Part shown: one piece after another, positions 1-11,019 of the stretch | How positions within the stretch are numbered: position 1 is the stretch's first letter | How the letters are laid out: the number at the start of each line of letters is the position of its first letter | From: Leucoraja ocellata | Lineage: Eukaryota | Length of the DNA stretch: 64,000 nucleotides | Assembly: GCA_036785375.1 (NCBI GenBank) | Contig: JAWMAR010000023.1 | Coordinates: 6,696,001 to 6,760,000 of the forward strand | Direction: 5' to 3' | Notes under the pieces: generated by a model | The model's database searches: none | Told to the model about the DNA's origin: nothing | What the model saw: the letters and a program-made list of their open reading frames with translations, nothing else | Position numbers and translations under genes: made by a program

Positions 1-65
1 TGGATTACTTTTAACCGGAAATATAATTCATTGGTTAGTTGAACATCATTCAGCATGTGTAATAT

Positions 66-73
66 ATGCAAAT
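66..73 (+). promoter_or_regulatory. Octamer motif ATGCAAAT (POU/Oct site, candidate POU2F3 site) in the proximal promoter of the TAS1R gene
   Basis: Exact ATGCAAAT at 66-73, followed by a TATA-like GATAAAAA near 118-125 and the ATG at 194. Confidence 0.7.
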
Positions 74-193
74 ATCCTCAAATTAGGTAATCTAATTATT
101 TGATTACAAAGAAAACAGATAAAAATGTCCACAAATAAAGTCGTGAATTTTCTGTTTGCACAGTAGGGAAAGACCAATTACTTGTCAGTTAAA

Positions 194-390
194 ATGACTT
201 GTTACATTTCGCTGTCGGGTTTCCATTTACTGCTGGCCGTGGCTTCTCTAACCGAGGCATCAGGAGTTCATGGAATCAATGCAGAGTACATGGTGTCTGG
301 AGACTACATCCTTGGAGGACTGTTCCCTTTTCATGAGAATAGCATTGGTCTAGCTCAACGGCTGAAGCCTGAAAGGGTGACTTGTAACAG
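194..390 (+). CDS. TAS1R4: TAS1R exon 1 (signal peptide and start of Venus flytrap domain)
   Basis: MTCYISLSGFHLLLAVASLTEASG...GDYILGGLFPFHE...VTCN; donor AG|gtaaga at 390/391. Confidence 0.92.
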
Positions 391-3300
391 GTAAGAAACT
401 ATCATCTTTAAATTCTCTCCTCACCTGAAGATGTGGACCTTCCACTTGAGTGGTAGGATCCACCTGCCCAGAAGGTGCTTTCCAGGGCTCAGTCCTCCCA
501 TGACTGTACTTCCCTGATTTTACCGACACCCAAAGTGGCTAACCTGAACATTTTCTTTCAAGCACTCTAGTCTTCTTTTAAAATCAAGATTGAATCCACG
601 ACTGCCCCTGTCCAGACCCTAACTACTCACTGCATAAAAAGGGCTTATTTCGTATTACATTTTGCCAATTACCTTCATTCTCTGATCACTATGGTAGTGT
701 AATGATTACGTTTCTGGACGAGCAGCCAGAGATTTGACTCTCACTGTGGCATTTAGAGAATTTAAATTGATTAAATGTCTGGAAATTCATAAAATCTAGA
801 CTTGGTAATGGTAACCATTGGATGGAACTATTGAAACTATTCAATAGTTCATGAAACTATGAGTGTGCAAGAAATCTAATAGGTTTATTAATGCTTGTGA
901 TTATCTAGTCTGACCTACACATGACTCTAGATCTATCAATGAGGTGACCTCAACCACCTCTTTAACTCAGGGGCAGTTAGAGGTGCAGAACATATGATGG
1001 CATTGGCAGTGATGTCCACACCCCACAAATAAATTAATTAAATTGACTCTTACCCTTTCCGCCATGATCTGCACTTAAAATTAAAAAAAAATTAACTCTT
1101 AAATGTCCAGAAACCAGCAATGAACAAGTCCAACAGTTTTATACAATAATCAACATTAATTGTCCCATCAGATTCCTTATCTGAGTCCACTGAAGCAGAA
1201 GCAGTGAGGGACTTCCCAGCAGTTGGCATGTGAGCCACTCTTTCCCCTAGGCCAGGCAGCAGTTCAGACGTGTCTGATGGCTCAACATCCTCTAATCCAA
1301 CTTCAACTGGATATATTTTTTCCATCGTATATTCTTCTGTTTGTGTTTCCTCTCCCTCTAATGCAATCATTAGATTTTCTGAGCTGATACCTCAACTTGT
1401 TGTTTATCTCTGTTTCAGCTTTTACCCTTATGGTTATGGGATGTTTCTGGCAATGGCGTTTGCGATCGATGAGATAAATAACTCTACCTCCCTATTGCCG
1501 GACATACATCTGGGTTATGAAATCCACGATGACTGTTTCGAGTCACTGGCTTCCATCCTGCCAACTCTTGTATTTTTATCCAGTGACAGAAGGAGTGAGA
1601 TTGATGTGCTCTGCAATTACACAGAGTACAGGAGCAGTGCAATAGCTCTGGTGGGACCATGGACATCGCATCAGGCAATGATCACAGCCAAATTGTTCAG
1701 CTTATTTTTATTTCCACAAGTAAGTAACTCATGGTTTGCTGTATAACTTGGTTGGAGACATCAGAAAACAAGCAGTAGCGAATCGGTACCAAGTTTTACA
1801 TTCAGCTGAAATGTGTGGAAAAGGACACCAGGTTTAGTCTAAAATCTGCTGCTGTTGCGCTTTTTGCCTCTGTCAATCAACAACCGTCTATTGTGCTTTT
1901 TGCAAAGTGAATTTATCTCTGCCAGTCTCCTGTTAACCAGTTGTGTCCCAAGTTCTGCTCATTTGTGTTGGTTGATTTCAAACAATAGCCCGGCTTCAGT
2001 TATCTTCAGTTTACAATCATGGCCAACTAACTCCTGGGGCGGGAATAGGGGAATCAGTTGAGTTGAAAGAAAGGTTGGGATAGGGAAGATGTAACCTGTG
2101 AAGATATAATAATGCAAATCTCCTTCTTTCTAGGTTAGTTATGGGGCTTCCAGTGCCCAATTAAGTAATAAGAAGATCTTTCCATCGTTCCTGAGAATGA
2201 TGCCTAGTGACAATAACCAAGCCATAGCCATTGTCTCTATTGTCAAGAAGTTCAAGTGGAATTGGATTGTTGGAATTGGGAGTGATGATGAATATGGCCG
2301 ACAGGGGATAAGCCTAGTACAGAGCTACGCAGCACTTGAAGGCATCTGTGTAGGTTTCATTGAGAAGATCCCCACCTACCCCAATCTGCCCAGCACCAGC
2401 CAGAAAATCTCAGATATTGTGGACCATATCCGAAAAATCAATGTAAATGTCATCATTCTCTTCTCCAGTGAGGGACCAGCTCAGGAACTGCTCAAGCAGG
2501 CACTGAAGATGAACATCACCAGGAAAGTCTGGATTGCAAGTGAAGCCTGGGTTAAATCGGATGCTGTAATCCACATTCCAGGCATTGAGCGCATTGGCAC
2601 AGTGATTGGCACAGTCATTAACAGCGGCAGCATGCCAGGTTTCGAAGGTTACGTTTTAAACCATCTCACCAATATCATGGATTGGAGAGAAAAGAGATTT
2701 GGTGCAGAGTACCGTGGCAATCATTCTGTTTCTTTTTGGCCATATCCCTCTTCACGTAAACTCCTCAGTTCTGTTCAGCACCTGTCTCCTGATAACCTGT
2801 CCATTGTGTTGGATCAGCCAGTAAGACGGGACACGTTCAGTGTGTACATGGCCGTGTACAGCATTGCACATGCACTACATACCCTGCTTGGGTGCCACAC
2901 TGGAAAATGCCAAACTACAACCAAATGGTACAACTGGCAGGTACATGTTTTTCCATGTTTGTGCACAGGGTTAAAAATAGCACAAAGATCTGATATGTTT
3001 CTGGACTGTACGCCATCTGATCATAGGGTCTGACCACTGGATTCCTGCAACCATTTGCTTTGCCCTCAGGACTCCTCAAAAATGATCATAAATTTCACAG
3101 TGGTGTGAGTTATTAATCTGTTGCATTAAATCNNNNNNNNNNNNNNNNNNNNNNNNNNNNNNNNNNNNNNNNNNNNNNNNNNNNNNNNNNNNNNNNNNNN
3201 NNNNNNNNNNNNNNNNNNNNNNNNNNNNNNNNNNNNNNNNNNNNNNNNNNNNNNNNNNNNNNNNNNNNNNNNNNNNNNNNNNNNNNNNNNNNNNNNNNCT

Positions 3301-6300
3301 GGGCTTGTCAAAAGATATGGCTAACTCCAGTAGCTCAGACCAGCTATGGATTGGATCACTGGCGAGTGTAGTGGGGAGATAGGACTCAGTGGTCTGAGGT
3401 TGAGTATCCTCATCCTTGATAAATTGCCAACATAAAACATAATAAACGTAGAAACAGGCCAATTGGGGCTGGGGCAGGTGGGCCTGGGGTCTGTAGGCAT
3501 GCATTAAGTGAGTGTTTGTAGATTATCAATGAAAACATTGGCTGGGAGAATGCTTTAGGAATGCCTCCTGGATGACAAGATCTTAACTGCCCAATGAGAT
3601 GCCCAAAATCATGTTTTGAATCTGTCTTAAATATAATACAAAATGCATTTATTTTCCAGAATTCATGGATTGCTGCTTGAATTTAATATATCGGCAAGAA
3701 AAGGGGAATGTAAGGATGGTGTTAAAAGATGAATGTTAAAGATCAAAGAGTGAAAGCCTAGCTGGGTGCCCCTTTCTAACTAAGCTCACTTTAAAACTGT
3801 CACATTCACGAGGCAGGATTTAGTCCCAAAATACTTATCATCTCTTCCTGCTGCTCCTAAACTACTTAATAACCTGAGGCACTTGTTGTGCTAAATGTGG
3901 AATTTTATAGCCGTGTAATGTACAAAGAGCCTAGCTGAGCGAATGAACCTCCTGAGCTCCCAATATAGCAGGCAGGAAATGCATGCAGATTGCTGGCTGG
4001 AAGTGCATCTCCTACCACGTTATGTCTGGGTAGCACAAGCAGTATAGCTGCCCAAAGATGACATGCTAAGTGGGAACACTGCTAAGTGTAGTGTGCAGTG
4101 TTCCTGCTTTCAAGCTTGATTTGATTAGTAGGGCAACAATTCTTGACAGTATCACTTCTTGACTGACTTTCTTTTGACAGCTGTTGGAAGAGTTAAAGCG
4201 AGTTAACGTCAGTATCCATGGCACTGCCGTTTCCTTCAACGCTGAAGGAAATACACAGAGAGGTTATGACATCATTACCTGGACCCAGCACTCAGGACAG
4301 CTCCAGCTACCAGTGATTGGCAGTTACAAAGATCATTTGATAATCAATGCTTCTCAAATTCAGTGGAAAACAGACAATAATGAGGTAAAGTACAGTGACA
4401 TTTATACTAAACATTGCCTATCCACCATTATCTGTAGTCCATCTCTGCCTTCAGCTGCCTGGACCCTATGCTTTAAAATCACCTCCTTCAATCTCTTTGT
4501 TTTTGCTTAGTCATCTGTTCTATTTTTTGCTTCAATGCCTCATGTTTGGCTCAATGTCAACATTTTGTCTCCTGACATTGCTGCAAAATGCATTGGAATA
4601 TTTTATAGCGGCAAAGTCGCTACATAAATGCAAGCTGGAGCTATAATATCTCTCATGTACTGGTCATTTTTCCTGTTCTCAGTTTTGCCCCTATAAGTCC
4701 AACTGACACAAATTTATGTAAGTCAGACAATTGATTCACGCAGTCATTCCCTGGTTTGGGTGAAGAACGTCAAGCACAACTGAATCTTGCTATCTTCTGC
4801 CAAAACTGCCCACTATGTCCCCTAATGGACTACGATTCATCCATCTGGAATATTTTTCTCCTCCTCCCCTTCCACACTCGCCTCCCACAACAAATAAGAC
4901 TCTCAGTCTGAAGAGGGGTCTCGACCCGAAACGTCACCTATTCCTTTGCTCTAGAAATGCTGCCTGACTGGCTGAGTTACTCCAGCATTTTGTGTCTGTC
5001 AACAAATGAATTTTGTAGAATTTATTTCTACCAAAATTGAATCACTGAGACATCCCCCCTCTTCTCCCACATCACAAAGCCAAATTTCTTCCTCATCTTG
5101 GTCCTGAACCCTCATCTTTCTTGTCTCCCCTCATAAACCTCATCATTTATTGTCTATTGGTACTTATGTGACACATTATGAAATGTTTCTCTATCTAAAG
5201 AAAAGTGACATTGTGCAAGTTATTGTTCCATTAGAGTCATATTTGTTTTCCAAGCAATTGGTGCTTTATTGACTTCATTAGGAGCCTATCAATTGCAATA
5301 TAAACCTTCCATCCACTGCAATGATCAGGGAGATCATCCAACACTGGGACACAGGCATTTATGACTCCCGCAACATACTGTTTTGTTACTAAAATGACAA
5401 CCCACAATATTTAATAATAATAATAATAATAATACATTTTATTTTCAGGCGCCTTTCAAATCTCAAGGTCACCTTACAAAGATTAAACAGAAGAGAAAAA
5501 AAACATATAGTCGGAGAAAAATAAATAATAAGGACATCATCAATACACAAATTAAAGATAAAAATTGCTCCTAAGACACAAAATCAAAAAATCAAAAAAA
5601 ACACAATGTGAAGAGAGAGCAGCGGCAGCTAAAGCGCGCCAGCGTCCACTCTCTCTTCCGACAGCCAGGGATCAATAGTATTATGGTTCAAGTTCTGTTT
5701 GCAATTGTTTCTTGAATCCTATTAGATTACTTATGAAATGTTTTTTTTATCTGAGTTTATCTTTTGCTAATTATGATTCAAATCAATAACTTGTACATTG
5801 GAATTTGTATTCCATATGCAAATCGAAATTCAGATGATTTATATATAAAGAATGCCCTTGTCTTGAATGAAGACTGGCATTTAATAACTGTTCAGCGATT
5901 CATGCAGTTTAGATATAGATGTTGATCATATTGAATAGCAGGGTGGATATGAGGGGCCGAGTGGCCTAGCCCTGCTTTTATGTATCTGTTTCTTGTATCA
6001 AATGCTGACTACATGCAAATACTCAATAATACATTTTGGAAGGTTTCTCCAGGTCTGTTGGACACTGGATTCTGACTACATTCTGATTTCAAGACAAGAA
6101 TATTGCCATTGGGTCAAGGAGCTGTTCCAGTCACTGAGTTTATTTCAGTAATCCTTTTAACCATTGTCAGGCTCTTTAACCCAAATCAGTGGAGCAAATC
6201 TAAATGATATTTTAGTCAGTACCACTGGACCATAAACACACTTAGATATTTGCTGGTACACAAAAATGCTGGAGAAACTCAGCGGGTGCAGCAGCATCTA

Positions 6301-9300
6301 TGGAGCGAAGGAAATAGGCAATGTTTCGGGCTGAAACCCTTCTTCAGACTGATGGGGGGTGAGGTGGGGGGGGGGGGGGGGGGGAAGGCGGGGAGAAGAA
6401 AGGAAAAAGGAGAAGGAGGAGCCCGAGGGCTGAGGCATGGGCGGAGACGGCTAACAAAATTGGGAGAATTCAATGTTCATGCCCCCAGGATGCAGACTCC
6501 CCAAGCGGAATATGAGGTGCTGTTCCTCCAATTTCCGGTGTTGCTCGCTCTGGCCATGGAGGAGACCCAGGACTGTTTGTCTCGCAGAGAACCCATGAGC
6601 CCTGGTTGTTTACAAACAACAGTAGAACAGTGAGAGTAAGCAACTAAAAAGTAAGGCTACCTATATCCACAGATTCCTCAGTCATACTGTTCCAAGAGGT
6701 GTGGCCCAGGCCAGAAGAAAATTGTCATCAGCCTTTACTCCTGCTGTTTTGAATGTGAAGACTGTCCAAGTGGATCCTTCCAGAACTCAACTGGTGAGGC
6801 AAAATATTTATCTTCTGACACGTTTAAACCACGTAAGATCAAAGGAATTGGAACAAATCATATTCTCTGTGAGCAGGAAATCCATATTTATAGATATATA
6901 TAGGGCGCATATGTCAAGGGTAAAAGGAGAGTAAATGGTCATATCTAATTGAGAGATTTGAATATTCTATATATAATAATGGATACATAATCAAAGGGTT
7001 CAAGTACTGAACACATGGGAGTGAATTACAGATGAAATATAATTTAAGGCTGTGGGGTCATATTAATGGAGTAGGATTTACCAAGAGTGAGCTACAGTCT
7101 GGAATGCAATCAAGGAGTTATAGAGCCATAGAATCAGACAGCATGGAAGGAAAAACGTCCTAGCCTGCCCAACCTCCCCATGTAGCTCAGGCTCTCAAGT
7201 CCTGGCAACATCCTTGTAACTCTTCTCTGCAGTCTTTCCAGCCTAATGACCTCGAAATGTGGCCTCATCGACATCTTGTACATAACATAACATCCCAACT
7301 TCTATACTCAATACCCTGACTGATGAAGGCCAATATACTTAAAGCTTCTTGAACACCCTATCTACCTGTGGTGCCACTTTCAAGGAATTATGTACCTGCA
7401 CTCCTAGATCACTCTGTACTCCATGTCAGTGGCTGTGCAGGCCCTGCCCTAGTTTGACATCTCAAAATGCAACATCTTGCACTTATCTGCATTAAACTCC
7501 GTTAACCATTCTTCAGCCCACTGATCAAGATCCTGTTGTGATTTTGATAACCATCTTCGCTCTCTACAGCAGCACCCTATGTTGACCTTATTGTCTGAAT
7601 GTCTAAATTGACCTAAAGTGTCTGAAGAAGGTTCTCGACCAGAAACGCACCTATTCCTTTTCACCAGAGATGCTGCCCGACCTGCTGAGTTACTCCAGCT
7701 TTTTGTGTCTATCTTTGGTTTAAACCAACATCTGCAGTTTCTTCCTACATACTTGACCGTATTAGTCTTGCAGCTGCCTGCAACCTCCTGGCATATTTGT
7801 TCTTTGGGGGCCTCAACAGTGCACTCTCAACACTCTTTTTTATTTCTCAGCTCCACTCATGTAGCTTCACTGGATGAACCATCAGTAATGTCATCTCAGA
7901 CTACTGTCGTGACATTCTCCTTAATCAATTAAGCAGCAACCCTTCCTCTTTTACCCCCAAGTCTATCTCTCCTGTAGCATCTGGACCCTGGAACGTTTAG
8001 TTGCCAGTCCTGTCCATCTCTTAGACAGGTTTCCGTAATGGCTAAAACGTCCCAGTTGTACGTACCTATCCACACCCTAGGTTGATCTGCCTCTTGCATT
8101 AAAATAAATGCAATTCAAACCAAGTCCTTCCTCACTCCCAGTCATGCTCCTGCCTAGTCTATCCACTGAACCTTCATTGATCACCTTCCATACTGACTTC
8201 CAAGCCTCTCATTTGCCTCATTCTGCATTGGATCCTGCCCTCTTGCCAATCCAGTTTAAACCCACCCATGTAGCACTAGCTAATCTACCTGTTATGATAT
8301 TGGTTCCCCTCCAGTTCAGGGTCAGCCCATTCCTCTTGCACAGTTCAGTGCTTCATATAAGGCAAGGAATACCTGGCAGAAGTTTGCAGGCTGGAATATA
8401 ATTTGGGTTATTTATAAATGGAGTGTCACGAAACTGGACTGGGTTATAGATTGGAATAAAATTAATGGGTCAGATTTATTCGTAGAACAACAGATGCACA
8501 CTAAGATATCGTCATGAAATTTAGGTGGGAAAGAAATTTAGTGCTGCAGAGACTGAGAGCACATTAAGGAAGGAAAGTAATCAAGGGTTCAACTGATTAG
8601 AATATCAAAGGAGTAAGTTATAGGCTGGAGTCTAATTAGGAAGTCTAGCAGTTTAAAAATATATCTTAGAATGTGTTTTAGTGTCATTGGTTGGAGGATG
8701 TGAGGACTTTTTCCACTCCTATACTTAAGCATATTTATATGTTTTTAATGAAACTATTTAATTTTGTTGTTCCAGATGGCTTTTCCTGCCATCTTTGCCA
8801 ACCTGATGAGTGGTCACCACCAAAAAGCCCTATCTGCTTTCAGAGAACTTTGCAATACCTGTCCATGTCCTCACCTCTCGGTGCGAGTCAGCTTCTGTTC
8901 ATGGTACTTGAGCTCACGTTGATATTGGCAGTCACGATGATCTTTCTAATGAATTCTGGTGCTCCGATCGTGGAAGGTACTGGAGGGAAAATGAACATAG
9001 TCATGCTCATCTCACTAGCTCTATTATGCTGCAGCTCGTTGCTGTTCCTTGGAGAACCCACCGAACTCATCTGTAAATCACGATGGCCAGTAACTGCTCT
9101 CAGCCTCACCATCTGCACATCTATCCTTCTGATCAACTCAGTACACATCTTGCTGACCACTGAGCTCGCCAGTTTAAGCAAGACTTTCCTCTGTAGATAC
9201 CAACACTGTGTAAGATACCTCACCCTTTGTGTCAGTCTCGGAGGGCAAGGAGCCCTTTGTTACCTGTGGCTGAATACGGATGGTGACTTTCTGATGAAGA

Positions 9301-9683
9301 CCGTGGGTGATTCTGAAGATGCTCTTTTCATCTTCTGTAAGGGTGAATCAGAGCTAGTATTCTGGGTGATGTTGGGATACACTTGCCTACAAGCACTGTC
9401 CTGCTTCATGTGTACCTTTCTGATCCAAACTCCAGCTCACACCTACAATCTGGCTCGGGAGATTAGTGCCTCCATGACCCTCTTTGTCACTATCTGGATT
9501 TGCTTCATCCCAACATATCCAGCTGTAAACAAGAACCATGCACCTGCTGTGCAGACTTTTGCCATGCTCCTCAGTTCTTTAGCAATACTTGGTGCCTATT
9601 TCATACCCAAATGCTTTGTCCTTTGGTTTAAGCCACAATACAACACCACTGATTACTTCCAGGTTTATAATCTAAAAATGTAA
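194..9683 (+). CDS. TAS1R4: Taste receptor type 1 (class C GPCR), intact six-exon gene, 845 aa; most likely TAS1R4
   Basis: Exons 194-390, 1419-1719, 2134-2940, 4181-4384, 6673-6793 and 8776-9683 sum to 2538 nt (845 codons + stop). All introns are GT-AG with matching phases. Product has a signal peptide, Venus flytrap (GDYILGGLFP, AMAFAIDEINN, SYGASS, DDEYG, WIASEAW), a 9-Cys CRD and 7TM (YFIPKC). The T1R family call is secure; the clade call rests on the upstream octamer, position next to a TAS1R3-like gene and DVL1, and the inferred host. Confidence 0.8.
1419..1719 (+). CDS. TAS1R4: TAS1R exon 2
   Basis: Acceptor tttcag|C; FYPYGYGMFLAMAFAIDEINNSTSLLPDIHLGYEIHDDC...CNYTEY...VGPWTS...FLFPQ; donor CAA|gtaagt. 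Confidence 0.95.
2134..2940 (+). CDS. TAS1R4: TAS1R exon 3
   Basis: Acceptor ttctag|GTT; VSYGASSAQLSNKKIFPSFLR...WNWI...DDEYG...WIASEAW...VYMAVYSIAHALHTLLGC...YNWQ; donor CAG|gtacat; 269 open codons. Confidence 0.95.
3133..3298. other. Assembly gap (N run) in TAS1R intron 3
   Basis: Run of N. Confidence 1.
4181..4384 (+). CDS. TAS1R4: TAS1R exon 4
   Basis: Acceptor ttgacag|CTG; LLEELKRVNVSIHGTAVSFNAEGNTQRGYDIITW...IQWKTDNNE; donor GAG|gtaaag. Confidence 0.95.
4908..4935 (+). ncRNA. Minimal hammerhead-ribozyme-like core in a Penelope-derived repeat (representative copy)
   Basis: CTGAAGA-G-GGGT-CTCG-ACCC-GAAACGTC matches CUGANGA + stem II + GAAA + self-complementary ACGU + GUC. Activity not shown. 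Confidence 0.5.
5400..5670 (-). mobile_element. Retroposon 3' end with (ATT)n tail (L2-like LINE or SINE)
   Basis: (AAT)n run at about 5412-5433 preceded on the - strand by ...AAGGCGCCTGAAAATAAAATGTATTATT. Confidence 0.45.
6256..6572 (-). mobile_element. Penelope-like retroelement 3' fragment (GIY-YIG C-terminus plus terminal repeat)
   Basis: Nearly the same sequence as 11880-12210. The - strand encodes ...EQHRKLEEQHLIFRLGSLHPGGMNIEFS, followed by CTGAAGAAGGGTTTCAGCCCGAAAC. Confidence 0.75.
6673..6793 (+). CDS. TAS1R4: TAS1R exon 5 (cysteine-rich domain)
   Basis: Acceptor ccacag|ATT; IPQSYCSKRCGPGQKKIVISLYSCCFECEDCPSGSFQNST; donor G|gtgagg. This frame is not in the ORF track. Confidence 0.95.
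7120..8340 (-). mobile_element. Decayed CR1-type LINE fragments (RT and endonuclease parts) with a Penelope-derived repeat at about 7618-7752
   Basis: - strand shows QQDLDQWAEEWLTEFNADKCKMLHF (CR1 RT); 7800-8110 is homologous to the endonuclease fragments near 11020 and 47150. Confidence 0.7.
8776..9683 (+). CDS. TAS1R4: TAS1R exon 6 (end of CRD and 7TM domain)
   Basis: Acceptor ttccag|AT; DGFSCHLCQPDEWSPPKSPICF, seven hydrophobic segments, YNLAREI, YFIPKC; TAA at 9681-9683. Confidence 0.96.
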
Positions 9684-11019
9684 ACAAAGGAGTATTAGCG
9701 ATACAAAAACGCTCACATTTACTTTAGAATAATACTGAAGAAGGATCTTGACCCAAGATGTTACCTATCCATGTTCTCCATGACCCAATCAGTTACTCAA
9801 GCAGTTGGTGCCTTTTTGAGAAACCAGCATCTGCAGTTCTTTGTTTCTACTCTCTTCTAATAATTGGTCACCGTGCCTTGATATCACTATAGTTCCTCCT
9901 GCACTTACTTTGTTTCAGTAGATAATAATACTTCTCATTTTGTTCCAAACACTTCAATCTCCCATGAGACTATCTGAATGAGTTATTTTATTTTGTAGAG
10001 ATGTTTTTCAACCAGAGTAACTATCCAAAGTGATTCCACTCTTTGTTTGAACTAGCTTTAGTGTTAGTTCAGCCCAATTGTTCAGTGATTTTACAAATAG
10101 AAACTTCTCAAAACAATGAATTATTCTAAGTAGACATTAAATAATTTATGCTTTAAGAGATGCCCAGTTTATTCATTTATATCTTTGAGCCCTGAGTGAT
10201 GAATTGTTGTTTTATTTTTTGCGACAGGTGCATGTAGTGTTGTGATTCATGTTCCAGTGATTTTCTTATTAGAACATTATGGGCTCCAATGCTGGGGCTC
10301 TCCAATATCTTGCCCATGTATATGCCTGAGCATGCATAATACATTCTGTAAAAGACGTACGATGCTACACTTTGTCTTGGATATTACTGGTTCTGCCCAG
10401 AGGTTCATATCAGAGCCTTCAAACAAATTCCAAGATCAAAGCGACTACGGAACATATTCATTTTAATTATTTACTTATCTAGGCTCTTCCAATGGGTAAA
10501 GTTAAAATTGACCCTAACATTTTCTGTGACATGAAACAAAACCTGCAGTGAGAATACATTTAAATTACATTGACTAAGATCAAGTGCACTGGTGTCTCAT
10601 GAGAAACCTGCTATTAGTGTTCAGGCATGAGGGTATATGCTCAGAATCCTGTCGCTTCCTGCTGTTCCCTCAGGCTGTGGATTGGTGTTAATTACTGACA
10701 CCCTGATGCTGATCAGGCACCAGTCTAACACCTTTTCCAGCAACAGTACTTCTTGTTCTTTTAAAAGCAGCTGCATGAGGTTACTGCAGGTCAATGAAGG
10801 GGAAAATAGGGACAAGCACCATAATCATTCTAATGCAGAGGCTTCACCCACCTTCCTGAAAAAGTAGGGACCAGACTGTAATGATATCTTACTACCTCAT
10901 GTTCTGAAGAGGGGGGAGGGAGAGGAGTTGACCTTCCCAGGCAGATATGTTGAATGACAATTATGTTCACAATATTAATATTCATTAGGCTCATGAATAT
11001 GGGAATAATAAAGGTCGGA

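Noticed and set aside
3076-3504. ORFs spanning N runs (also 41567-41900)
   Set aside because: Artefacts of assembly gaps.
8691-8775. N-terminal extension of ORF 8691-9683 (also the intronic flanks of ORFs 1270-1746, 2197-3033, 4184-4510)
   Set aside because: Intron read-through; the splice sites define the true exon limits.
8888-9223. 111-aa antisense ORF
   Set aside because: It is the shadow of the 7TM exon on the opposite strand.
10230-10870. Possible remnants of exons 1-3 of the fossil T1R duplicate
   Set aside because: Only a YG-like dipeptide context was seen; no convincing alignment by eye.
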